The notes under the pieces were generated by a model. That model made no database searches. It was given only the letters and a program-made list of their open reading frames with translations, and was not told where the DNA came from. Positions 8,950 to 18,461 of a DNA stretch of 64,000 nucleotides are shown in pieces. The position numbers and the translations under genes are program-made. This DNA comes from Escherichia coli. Lineage in GTDB: Bacteria > Pseudomonadota > Gammaproteobacteria > Enterobacterales > Enterobacteriaceae. The DNA is taken from the NCBI RefSeq assembly GCF_016903815.1, contig NZ_CP069973.1. One strand, 5' to 3'. Positions within the stretch are counted from its first letter, which is position 1; each line of letters starts with the position of its first letter.

Positions 8950-9166
8950 TTTTGTGAACCACTACAATAATCCTTTTTCACAGACTTGTCAGCAGCCAGC
9001 ATTTATGTTCTTTTACCTGCGGGAATTTATCCGTCTGCCTGTCGGGACTACTCTGTCATACAGAAATCAGGTAGGAATAAATTGTAGTGGAAAGTCGATG
9101 TTTACCGGATGACTGATGCGCGCTTGTACACAGACAGTGTGTTTCAGTAATATGGAGAATAATGAA

Positions 9167-9667
9167 ATGAATAACACAGACACATTAGAAAAAATAATCA
9201 GACACCAAAAAAACAAAGACCCCGCATATCCCTTTCGGGAACATTTGTTGATGCAGCTCTGTATTCGCACAAATAAAAGAATGCAGGATAATATATCTGA
9301 ATTTCTGGGGGCGTATGGAATAAATCACTCAGCATATATGGTTCTCACCACATTATTCGCAGCGGAGAACCATTGTCTGTCACCTTCAGAGATAAGCCAG
9401 AAACTTCAGTTTACCAGAACTAATATTACCCGCATTACAGATTTTTTAGAAAAAGCCGGATATGTAAAAAGGACGGATAGCAGGGAGGATCGCCGTGCTA
9501 AAAAAATCAGTCTGACATCTGAAGGTATGTTTTTTATTCAGAGGCTCACTCTTGCACAAAGCATGTATCTGAAAGAAATCTGGGATTATCTGACTCATGA
9601 TGAACAGGAACTGTTTGAAGTCATTAATAAAAAATTACTGGCACATTTTTCTGATGCCAGCTCATAA
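9167..9667 (+). CDS. MarR-family transcriptional regulator, EmrR/MprA-like (possibly a PapX/SfaX-type 17-kDa regulator)
   Basis: ORF 9116..9667; likely start ATG 9167 after GGAGA. Sequence ...YPFREHLLMQLCIRTNKRM...GINHSAYMVLTTLFAAENHCLSPSEISQKLQFTRTNITRITDFLEKAGYVKRTDSREDRRAKKISLTSEG... aligns with EmrR (winged-helix region [28 protein letters not shown]). Surrounded by AT-rich DNA. Confidence 0.8.
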   Translation: MNNTDTLEKIIRHQKNKDPAYPFREHLLMQLCIRTNKRMQDNISEFLGAYGINHSAYMVLTTLFAAENHCLSPSEISQKLQFTRTNITRITDFLEKAGYVKRTDSREDRRAKKISLTSEGMFFIQRLTLAQSMYLKEIWDYLTHDEQELFEVINKKLLAHFSDASS

Positions 9668-10133
9668 AGTGCGAAATATCTGAGGATGCTGGATAGCTTC
9701 AGGCAAGAGAATAATGATTCTTGCAGATGTGTTTTTCCGGATACAAAAACAAAAGTAAAAAATTGCAGCGCCAGGCCACCTTTCAAAGCAGGGAGGCTTG
9801 TACCGCGTCGAAAATTTCAGCCAGTTAATGTAATTGTCTGAACCAGGCACTTCGCCCGGGCAGGAGAAGGAGCGTGGTTGCGGTCATCCTGTATACTGAA
9901 GTCGTTATGAAGGAATAATACAAATAATTGCCCGTTTTCTCTGTACGATAGAGGCAGGTGTGTATGATTGCATCACTATGTTTTTGTGATATAAAAAACT
10001 AAATGGTGAGATATGCATTTTAAAATATAACAAAAATCACCATGAAATAAGAATAATTATCCACGGAGAACATAAACTGCAGACTGTTACAATGCATGCT
10101 GTTCATCTTGACAATGTCGGTAATGACTCCAAC

Positions 10134-10637
10134 TTATTGATAGTGTTTTATGTTCAGATAATGCCCGATGACTTTGTCATGCAGCTCCACCGATTTTGAG
10201 AACGACAGCGACTTCCGTCCCAGCCGTGCCAGGTGCTGCCTCAGATTCAGGTTATGCCGCTCAATTCGCTGCGTATATCGCTTGCTGATTACGTGCAGCT
10301 TTCCCTTCAGGCGGGATTCATACAGCGGCCAGCCATCCGTCATCCATATCACCACGTCAAAGGGTGACAGCAGGCTCATAAGACGCCCCAGCGTCGCCAT
10401 CGTGCGTTCACCGAATACGTGCGCAACAACCGTCTTCCGGAGCCTGTCATACGCGTAAAACAGCCAGCGCTGGCGCGATTTAGCCCCGACATAGCCCCAC
10501 TGTTCGCCCATTTCCGCGCAGACGATGACGTCACTGCCCGGCTGTATGCGCGAGGTTACCGACTGCGGCCTGAGTTTTTTAAGTGACGTAAAATCGTGTT
10601 GAGGCCAACGCCCATAATGCGGGCAGTTGCCCGGCAT
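10134..10637 (-). CDS. insB: IS1 InsB
   Basis: 167 aa, identical in translation to the InsB at 7638..8141. Confidence 0.95.
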   Translation of the reverse strand: MPGNCPHYGRWPQHDFTSLKKLRPQSVTSRIQPGSDVIVCAEMGEQWGYVGAKSRQRWLFYAYDRLRKTVVAHVFGERTMATLGRLMSLLSPFDVVIWMTDGWPLYESRLKGKLHVISKRYTQRIERHNLNLRQHLARLGRKSLSFSKSVELHDKVIGHYLNIKHYQ

Positions 10638-10831
10638 CCAACGCCATTCATGGCCATATCAATGATTTTCTGGTGCGTACCGGGTTGAGAAGCGGTGTAA
10701 GTGAACTGCAGTTGCCATGTTTTACGGCAGTGAGAGCAGAGATAGCGCTGATGTCCGGCAGTGCTTTTGCCGTTACGCACCACGCCTTCAGTAGCTGAAC
10801 AGGAGGGACAGCTGATAGAAACAGAAGCCAC
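10556..10831 (-). CDS. insA: IS1 InsA
   Basis: 91 aa [37 protein letters not shown]..., canonical InsA. Confidence 0.95.
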   Translation of the reverse strand: MASVSISCPSCSATEGVVRNGKSTAGHQRYLCSHCRKTWQLQFTYTASQPGTHQKIIDMAMNGVGCRATARIMGVGLNTILRHLKNSGRSR

Positions 10832-11360
10832 TGGAGCACCTCAAAAACACCATCATACACTAAATCAGTAAGTTGGCAGCATCACCCAATCTGCTGACAG
10901 ACGAAGATAATGAACCCGTTATGGTTTTTAACGGAGAGAGGAATGTACTGGCAGACAGTCTGAAACCACAGCCTCTGATTCTTCCGGTCAAGGGAAAATA
11001 AGCGTAATGTTCATCACCAGATTATGTACGATGAGTTTTCCACTGTTTATAGCAATTATCTTGCTAATAACCAGACAGGAGTAACCAGACCAACCGAAAA
11101 CACCGGGAAGGTGATTACCCGCTGGCAGAGGAAATCCGGTTTTTTTTGATGTCAGCCATAACGTGTTTGACAATAAAGCATCATGAAAGGGTGTTAATGA
11201 GTCCATGGGATAATTCATAAAAATAATTTACTGTGTTATCCTTTTCAAAAGAAATATTCAGAAGATAACCCCTGGCTGACAACCAGGGGAAGGGGGCATT
11301 AACAGTGTTATTATTGGTGAATAAATTATTACTTGTGTGCAGGATACACTAATGCAATAT

Positions 11361-12434
11361 CTACTGATACTGTATGCCAGTATGTTTCATGCCTGCCGCT
11401 GAAAACGGCAATATCCAGGGCCAGACATATTCACCATTCATATTTCTGCATTTCTGTACAATTTTCTCAGAAAGCGTCTCATCAATTCTTTCACGCAACT
11501 TCTCCTGCTGTCTTAAAATACTTTCGCATATTTCGAAATCATCTTCCTGCATCAGCATTTCGGCGCATTTAATGATTTCTGCCCGTTCATGCAGCACAGA
11601 GGAATGATTATAGAGCCAGTTTACAAACAGCAATGCTTCCGGATATTGCCCCCATAACGGGTGGTATGTGGCATAATAATCTTCGGCAGTATCCGGACCG
11701 CCTGAAAAGTTATGCCATACAGCAAGTGGAAATGGATGCAGATTTCCGCACAGTATTTCTGCGATGTAAGTATTTGCCGCAAAGCCGCGACGAAATGCAG
11801 TTGCAGCTTTTACCAGTTCCCCATTAAGAAAATGCAGAAGGCCGAGTTCATACCAGTAAGGTGAAAATTCATCTGCATGTTCCTGCAGTATATGGCGTGC
11901 CTGTTCATGAGCGCCAGTGCGTAACAGTTCCGGTCCCAGTAGCCAGCGTGCACCATGATTATCTTCGGGATTGTAATCCAGTATTTTTTCAATGAGCATG
12001 ATGGCATCCTGATGACGCCGTAAATGTGCATTTGCCAGGATTGCCGCATAGAGGGCACGAAGAAAAGGTCGGTTGTCAGGATGTATCCAGATGATTCTGC
12101 CACTGAAACCTTCAGGGATAAGACGATTGCCAACTGCCAGCCCTTTAAGGGCAGCATTCAGCGCCTTACGCGGGGCATTCTGCTCCAGAAATACGTATGC
12201 CAAGTGAGCGTGTACATCAATAAAGTCATTCTCCTGTCGGGCAAGGCGCCTGAGTTTGTTGATGTAACTTGTTTCGCTGATTTCATCCGCATCGTATGCA
12301 TCAATCAGTTCTTCAAACTCATCCAGCAACGAGCCAAACCAGGTTTCCGGAAATATGAAACAGCCCTGGTTATCGTTCACTTCAAAGCGTAATTTGCCAG
12401 TCATATTCTGAACCTGTAAAAAAGGATGGACCAT
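11361..12434 (-). CDS. Hypothetical protein (island cargo next to integrase); helical-repeat (TPR-like) character, function unknown
   Basis: 357-aa ORF (possible internal start at MTGKL...); no family recognised from memory; lies immediately downstream of the integrase region inside the pheU island. Confidence 0.55.
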   Translation of the reverse strand: MVHPFLQVQNMTGKLRFEVNDNQGCFIFPETWFGSLLDEFEELIDAYDADEISETSYINKLRRLARQENDFIDVHAHLAYVFLEQNAPRKALNAALKGLAVGNRLIPEGFSGRIIWIHPDNRPFLRALYAAILANAHLRRHQDAIMLIEKILDYNPEDNHGARWLLGPELLRTGAHEQARHILQEHADEFSPYWYELGLLHFLNGELVKAATAFRRGFAANTYIAEILCGNLHPFPLAVWHNFSGGPDTAEDYYATYHPLWGQYPEALLFVNWLYNHSSVLHERAEIIKCAEMLMQEDDFEICESILRQQEKLRERIDETLSEKIVQKCRNMNGEYVWPWILPFSAAGMKHTGIQYQ

Positions 12435-12616
12435 AACCTGCAGGCTATAAAAATTGTGATGCCTGGCATCGGTGTCCTTTTATTGTCCGGGATTAACGTT
12501 GCCCATGATAATACAGTGAATTCTGTTCTGTGGTAAGACGTTGAGTTATTGAATGAGAACCTCAGCCTGGCTGATGGTTCCGCCGGCATAAAAAAGAAAT
12601 TGATTGAGGCGGGTGC

Positions 12617-12640
12617 TCTTCCCCTTAAGAGGAAGAGCAT
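12617..12640 (-). terminator. Near-perfect 12-bp inverted repeat just downstream of the integrase stop (possible terminator or protein-binding palindrome)
   Basis: GCTCTTCCCCTT/AAGAGGAAGAGC palindrome with one mismatch; T-run on minus strand is somewhat distal. Confidence 0.35.
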
Positions 12641-12659
12641 GTGTGTAAATGGCGTTCAG

Positions 12660-13925
12660 TCACCTTTTCAGTGGATTGTTAACTTTTGCATATTCAAACG
12701 GACTGATACACTCCTCCCTGTTTGCATCCAGAAAATCTGCCCACCATTGCAGCATAAGCCGACGTTCTTCCAGATGTTCTGCTTTATGAATATACGCGGC
12801 ACGTACTCCGTTGCGCTCCTGATGACTCATCTGACGTTCAACCGCATCTCTTGACCATAAGCCGGATTCAATCAATGCACTGCACGCCATCGCCCGGAAT
12901 CCATGGCCACAGACTTCCTTGGTTGTGTCATACCCCATCACCCTCAGGGCTTTATTTACAGTATTTTCACTGATTGGTTTACGCGGGTCATGTGCACCCG
13001 TAAATATCAGACCATTTTCACCTGCCCATGTCTGAAGTTCTGTCAGTATGGCTACAGCCTGTTTACTGAGTGGCACAAGATGTGGTGTCCGCATCTTGGA
13101 GCCCCGGTGTGAGAATTTTACGCCAGGCAGAGGTTCGCGTTCGGCTGGAATAGTCCACATGGCATTGTCAATATCAATTTCAGACCAGCGGGCATATCTG
13201 AGTTCACTGGAACGAATAAAAACCAGTAAATTCAGCATAACGGCAAGCCGGGTGACAGGCTGGCCTTTATAACCGTCAATACGCGACAGAAGTTCAGGCA
13301 GGCGTGAAAGATTCAGAGCGGGGCGATGCTGGCGTTTTACCGTGGTCAATGCACCAGCCATATCCAGAGCCGGGTTATATCTGATGATGCCAGACTGTAC
13401 GGCGTAACGCATTACAGCAGATATTCTTTGCTGCAGACGACTAGCGATTTCATAAATTTGTTTTGCTTCTGCAGCACGAACAGGGATAAGCAGGTCCGGG
13501 GTATTGAGTGTTGTGATATCCCGGTTGCCGATAAAGGGGAAAACGTGTGTCTCGAGGCTTTTGAGTACTTTATCGCTGTGTGATTGTGCCCATTGTTTAT
13601 TACTGGCATGCCAGCGTCGTGCAATATGTTCAAAAGAGAGCTGTAAATCAGGGACTACTTTTTTAACTCTTTTCTGTTCGCAAGGGTCAATCCCCTCTGA
13701 AATCAGTTTTCGGGCCTCATCCCGTTTTGTACGAGCTTCGGAGAGAGAAACTTCTGGATACACACCAAGTGCCAGAGTCTTCTCCTTACCCAGAATACGA
13801 TAACGGAGACGCCAGTAACGGGAACCATTAGGATGAACCAGCAGGAACATGCCGGCCCCGTCAGTGAGTTTATAAGCCTTGTCAGTGGGCTTTGCAGCCC
13901 GGATTTTTGCGTCAGTCAGTGCCAT
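12660..13925 (-). CDS. P4-type (phage/island) tyrosine integrase, tRNA-associated
   Basis: 421 aa MALTDAKIRAAKPTDKAYKLTDGAGMFLLVHPNGSRYWRLRYR..GKEKTLALGVYPEVSLSEARTKRDEARKLI...; C-terminal region with HGFRAMACSALIESG...R and catalytic-type motifs; adjacent to the 3' end of tRNA-Phe. Confidence 0.93.
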   Translation of the reverse strand: MALTDAKIRAAKPTDKAYKLTDGAGMFLLVHPNGSRYWRLRYRILGKEKTLALGVYPEVSLSEARTKRDEARKLISEGIDPCEQKRVKKVVPDLQLSFEHIARRWHASNKQWAQSHSDKVLKSLETHVFPFIGNRDITTLNTPDLLIPVRAAEAKQIYEIASRLQQRISAVMRYAVQSGIIRYNPALDMAGALTTVKRQHRPALNLSRLPELLSRIDGYKGQPVTRLAVMLNLLVFIRSSELRYARWSEIDIDNAMWTIPAEREPLPGVKFSHRGSKMRTPHLVPLSKQAVAILTELQTWAGENGLIFTGAHDPRKPISENTVNKALRVMGYDTTKEVCGHGFRAMACSALIESGLWSRDAVERQMSHQERNGVRAAYIHKAEHLEERRLMLQWWADFLDANREECISPFEYAKVNNPLKR

Positions 13926-14085
13926 AGTTCAGCCTTCTGAATGCGTTAAAGAGGGTATAAATTCTGTCGAACTGGGGTATGCCCACAATTATACCCACAC
14001 AATGAGGTTGATGTGGGGGGAATCTGGTTGAGTTCGGTAGAATTGATTTGGAGGCAGGACGCTTAAATCGTGGCGTCCTGGAATG

Positions 14086-14110
14086 AAAAACGGACCTCCG
14101 TGGAGGTCCG
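14086..14110 (-). terminator. Rho-independent terminator of pheU
   Basis: Palindrome CGGACCTCCG-TGGAGGTCCG followed (on minus strand) by a T-run, immediately 3' of the tRNA. Confidence 0.7.
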
Positions 14111-14122
14111 TTGATATGAATT

Positions 14123-14198
14123 TGGTGCCCGGACTCGGAATCGAACCAAGGACACGGGGATTTTCAATCCCCTGCTCTACCGACTGAGCTATCCGGGC
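14123..14198 (-). tRNA. pheU: tRNA-Phe(GAA)
   Basis: Reverse complement reads GCCCGGATAGCTCAGTCGGTAGAGCAGGGGATTGAAAATCCCCGTGTCCTTGGTTCGATTCCGAGTCCGGGCACCA (76 nt, CCA end, GAA anticodon). Confidence 0.97.
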
Positions 14199-14304
14199 AA
14201 CGGGGCGCATTAAACCGTAATCTGCACATCTCGTCAACCTAATTTCAGTAAAAGCGATTCAACTGCTTAAGATTGCGGCAAATCGCTTCTTTTCTGTGTT
14301 TCTG

Positions 14305-14880
14305 TCAGGTCAAAGCACCACCCTGGCGGCAGCGGGCGAAGCGCAGGATATCTTCCGCCAGCCGATGTGCGGTGTCGACATCCGCCTGGCTACGATTCAC
14401 CAGCATTCGGCTTAAACAGCCTTCCAGCACCAGTTCCATCTGCTTTGCTACCATCGCCGGATCGTCAACTTCCAGTGTGGTTAACAGTTCGTGGGTGAAA
14501 TCGTAGGCCGCGCTTTTTTGCTGATCGGCCAGTTGATGAATAGGGTGGCCAGGATCGGGATAAAACGTACAGGCAGCGATAAACAGACAGCCCGGATAGC
14601 GGTTGTTTTTAACGCACTCCGATAACGCCTGATAACGTGCCAGCAACTTTTGTTCGGCGGTTTGCGTTTCGTCCAGCATCAGCTGACGACGCCAGACATC
14701 TATCTGTTGGCTAAGATAACGCAGCGCATCGTAGAGGATTGCCTCTTTGTCTGGCCAGAAGCGGCGTAGCTCGTCCAGTGGATAATCCACACGTTCAGCA
14801 ACCATCTCCAGCGTGGTGTTGGCAATCCCTTGTAATTCTAATAATTTCAGGGCTTCTCCCAGTACATCTTCACGTTGCAC
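14305..14880 (-). CDS. yjdC: TetR-family transcriptional regulator YjdC
   Basis: ORF 14305..14904; GTG start at 14880 gives 191 aa matching K-12 YjdC (…[30 protein letters not shown]…). Confidence 0.85.
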
Positions 14881-14916
14881 GCTATTTTCCTCCGTCTTTC
14901 CCACTGCAAGTGTCGT

Positions 14917-16614
14917 TCACGGTTGGCGATCGCGCAAATGTGCGCTGAAGGTTTCAGCATCCATAAAGCCCGTGACGCGTGCTTGTGGATGCTCCTGGCC
15001 TTGTCCGTCAAAAAAGAGAATTGTCGGTAGGCCAAGGACATTAAGATGCTTTAACAGCGCCACATCTTGTGCGTCGTTGGCAGTGACGTTGGCCTGAAGT
15101 AATACCGTGTCTGCTAACGCTTTTTGCACCTGCGGGTCGCTGAAGGTGTATTTCTCAAACTCTTTACAGGCGACGCACCAGTCGGCATAGAGATCTAACA
15201 TCACTGGTTTGCCTTTGGCTTCAACGAGCGCCTGATTTAACTCATCTACCGTTTTGATTTGTGTAAAGTTGAGATGCGTCTGAGTTTGCGCGGTATGCGT
15301 CGCACCAAATGCCCAATCCTGAAGTGGGCGCACGCTAACCAATGCCGCTGCCAGCAGGATTATTTGCACCACGCGCATCCAGCCGCGTTTGGCCTGTAGG
15401 CTGGTGATAAAGGCCCAGCCAAAGAATGCGACACCAAGCGCCGACCACAAGCGTAATCCCCATATATCACCAATCACTCGCTCCAGCAGGAAGACCGGCA
15501 GTGCGAGGATCACAAAACCAAACGCGGTTTTGACTTGTTCCATCCACGGGCCGCTTTTCGGCAGCAAGCGGTTACCAAAGACGGTAATTAGCATCAGCGG
15601 CAGGCCCATGCCCAACGCATAGAGATAAAGCGTGCCGCCCCCCAGCCACATGTTCCCGCTTTGGGCGATATACAGCAGAATCGCGCTAAGCGGTGCGGTG
15701 GTGCATGGTGAACAGATCAGTCCGGCAATCGCCCCCATAACAAACACACCGCCAGGTGAGCCGCCCTGTTGGCGATTGCTCATCAGCGTGAGACGTGTTT
15801 GCAGCGAAGAGGGGAGTTGCAGAGTAAACAAGCCAAACATTGACATCGCCAGCAAGGTAAAGACGATAGCGAGGCCAATGAGCACGTATGGGTGCTGTAG
15901 CGCCGCCTGGAACTGTAACCCTGCGGCGGCAACCACCAGACCCAGTGCCGTGTAAGTCAGCGCCATCCCCTGCACATAAATAAAGGTCAGCAACAATGCT
16001 CTGGCAGTGGAGAGCCGCTGTTTACCGCCCAGCACGATACCAGAAATCAGTGGGTACATTGGCAGCACGCATGGCGTAAAGGCGATACCAATACCGATCA
16101 ACAACGCCCAGAGCGCGGAAAAGGGCAATTGCGCGGTGGGCTGCTCTTGCTGCGGAACAGACACAGGCTGTGACGCTGCGTTGTTGGCGACCACTTCGCT
16201 TAACGGAACGGTTTTGGTTTCTGGCGGATAACAGAAACCGGCATCAGCACAGCCCTGGTAGGTGATAGTTAACGTCGCTCCCGCACTCGCCTGGTTGATG
16301 GTGACGGGAAGCGTCAGCCGATCGCGGTAAATCTCGCTTTTGCCGTAAAACTCATCTTCATGCCAGACGCCTTGCGGCAGCTGCACGTCGGCAATTTTCG
16401 CGTGTTCCGGCGTAATGCGGATCTGTTTACGGTAGAGGTAGTAACCGTCTTTGATCTGCCAGGTCAGATTCAGGTCATGTTGGTTTTGCTGAAAATCAAA
16501 AGCAAAGGCTTGATCCGCGGGGACAAATTGTGAACGTCCCGGCGCGTCGAATAATCCGGCAAAAACGGAAGTGCTGCAAAGTAGCAGGATCAGCGTAAAG
16601 ATGCGTTGAGCCAT
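14917..16614 (-). CDS. dsbD: Thiol:disulfide interchange protein DsbD
   Basis: 565 aa from [22 protein letters not shown]...; CxxC thioredoxin-like C-terminal domain (DWCVACK). Confidence 0.95.
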
Positions 16615-16928
16615 GAGAGGTAATCTGTGTCTCCGTGTGTAACAGGTAAAACCAGAAGTTCCGGGGTTTGATATGGATGATGAGACTTCAGGCATTCCAG
16701 CAGTGCCTGCTGGTGAGATACGGTAGTTTTTAAAATCATCTGCACTTCGTATTCTTGCTCCAGCTTACCTTCCCAGTAATAGAGAGAGGTAGCGCCGGGG
16801 ATCAAGGTCGCGCAGGCCGCCAGTTTTTCCGCCAGCACTTTGGCGGCTAAATCCTGGGCTGTCGCTTCATCCGGTGCCGTACATAGCACCACGACAGACG
16901 CGGTATTCGAACTTTTTTCATCAAGCAT
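16590..16928 (-). CDS. cutA: Divalent-cation tolerance protein CutA
   Basis: 112 aa [61 protein letters not shown]... Confidence 0.95.
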
Positions 16929-17042
16929 AAACACCTCGCAAGAACAGATGGAACCGCAAGAGAGAGGTCACTATACAACGGACGGGGGAAGGATGTTAGT
17001 CGGCGGGAAAGAAAGCGGGGCCTGAAGCCCCGCGATTGGTCA

Positions 17043-18344
17043 TTACAGCATGAAGCTACCCAGCACGAAGCCGAAGCAAACGGCAAGGGCAACACCCAGA
17101 GTACCCGGGATGAAGAACGGATGGTTGAAGACGAATTTACCGATACGGGTAGTACCCGTGTCATCCATCTGTACCGCAGCAACCAGCGTCGGGTAGGTTG
17201 GCAGAATGAACAGACCAGACACCGCAGCGAAAGAAGCAACAGCGGTCAGCGGAGAAACGTTCAGTGCCAGAGCCATCGGCATCAGTGCTTTTGCGGTTGC
17301 AGCCTGAGAGTACAGCAGAGCAGAAGCAAAGAAGAAGATGACGGCCAGCAGCCACGGATGACCCTGAATCACTTCACCAGCGGTATCTTTGATCCAGTCG
17401 ATGTTGTTGGAAACGAAAGTATCGCCCAGCCATGCAACACCCAGGATACAAATACAGGCGCTCATACCTGCTTTGAAGGTGCTGGAGTTGAGGATGTTGT
17501 CGGTATCGACTTTACAGATAACGGTGGTCAGAGTTGCAACGCTGAGCATGATGATCAGGATTGCGTTGGTGGTGTTCATCAGCGGTTTTTCAACCAGACC
17601 CATGCTTGGGCTGTTGATGATTGCATAGATAACAACGCCAACTACGCCCAGCAGGAACAGCCAGACGGACGTTTTTGCACCGGATTTGATTTCAATCTGC
17701 TTTTCACCGCGCAGTTCAACCAGGCCTTCTTCCAGACGCTTGCGATAAATCGGATCGTCAGAGAGTTTGGAGTTGAACAGCATAGTGACCAGGAAGGACA
17801 TCACCAGAACCGCCAGCAGGGTGGACGGGATGACCACGGAGAGCAGATGGAGGTAGCTGATGCCATGACCTTCCATTACGGAAGACATGTAAACCACTGC
17901 CGCTGAGATTGGCGATGCGGTGATCGCAATCTGCGCGGATACCACTGCAGTAGACAGCGGACGGCAAGGTTTAACGCCTTGTTCCTTCGCAACTTCAGCG
18001 ATAACTGGCAGTGTCGCCAGAGAGATGTTGCCAGTACCAGCAAAGATAGTCAGGAAATAGGTCACGATCGGTGCGAGGATCGTGATGTATTTCGGGTTAC
18101 GGCGCAGCAGCTTTTCTGTCTGATGAACCAGATAGTCCAGACCGCCAGCAACCTGCATGGCAGAAATAGCGGCGATAACCGCCATGATAATGGAAATGAC
18201 ATCGAACGGGATGTTACCGGGTTTAACGCCAATAGCGGCAAGAACCAGCACCCCCAATCCGCCTGCAAAACCAATACCTATTCCCCCCAATCTGGCGCCC
18301 AAGAAGATCGCCAGCAAAACTATGATGAGTTCTACAACTAGCAT
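17043..18344 (-). CDS. dcuA: Anaerobic C4-dicarboxylate transporter DcuA
   Basis: 433 aa MLVVELIIVLLAIFLGARLGGIGIGFAGGLGVLVLAAIGVKPGNIPFDV... Confidence 0.95.
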   Translation of the reverse strand: MLVVELIIVLLAIFLGARLGGIGIGFAGGLGVLVLAAIGVKPGNIPFDVISIIMAVIAAISAMQVAGGLDYLVHQTEKLLRRNPKYITILAPIVTYFLTIFAGTGNISLATLPVIAEVAKEQGVKPCRPLSTAVVSAQIAITASPISAAVVYMSSVMEGHGISYLHLLSVVIPSTLLAVLVMSFLVTMLFNSKLSDDPIYRKRLEEGLVELRGEKQIEIKSGAKTSVWLFLLGVVGVVIYAIINSPSMGLVEKPLMNTTNAILIIMLSVATLTTVICKVDTDNILNSSTFKAGMSACICILGVAWLGDTFVSNNIDWIKDTAGEVIQGHPWLLAVIFFFASALLYSQAATAKALMPMALALNVSPLTAVASFAAVSGLFILPTYPTLVAAVQMDDTGTTRIGKFVFNHPFFIPGTLGVALAVCFGFVLGSFML

Positions 18345-18409
18345 ATTAGCCTTCCTTGTTTTTTAACAAGTTGATATTAGATTGTTATTTTTAAGTTACT
18401 GCTCACAAG

Positions 18410-18441
18410 AAAAAAGGCACGTCATCTGACGTGCCTTTTTT
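18410..18441 (-). terminator. Rho-independent (bidirectional-type) terminator downstream of aspA
   Basis: AAAAAA-GGCACGTCATCTGACGTGCC-TTTTTT hairpin flanked by A- and T-runs. Confidence 0.8.
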
Positions 18442-18461
18442 ATTTGTACTACCCTGTACGA

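Larger units (their letters stand above)
10119..10886 (-). mobile_element. IS1 insertion sequence (768 bp), inverted relative to the copy at 7389..8156
   Basis: Ends GGTAATGACTCCAACTTATTGATAGTGTTTT (10119-) and ...ATCAGTAAGTTGGCAGCATCACC (to 10886); insA 10556..10831 and insB 10134..10637 on minus strand. No target-site duplication. Confidence 0.95.

Noticed and set aside
10988-11218. 76-aa minus-strand ORF between IS1 and the 357-aa gene
   Set aside because: No ribosome-binding site or recognisable domain, in AT-rich intergenic DNA; treated as spurious.
14917-16695. Extended 592-aa version of dsbD (and similarly extended ORFs for aspA, yjeH, ampC, frdB, epmA, yjeM, orn, queG, amiB, rnr, yjfL)
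   Set aside because: The ORF track extends to the most upstream in-frame start. The downstream starts chosen here reproduce the protein N-termini and lengths I recall for the E. coli orthologues.
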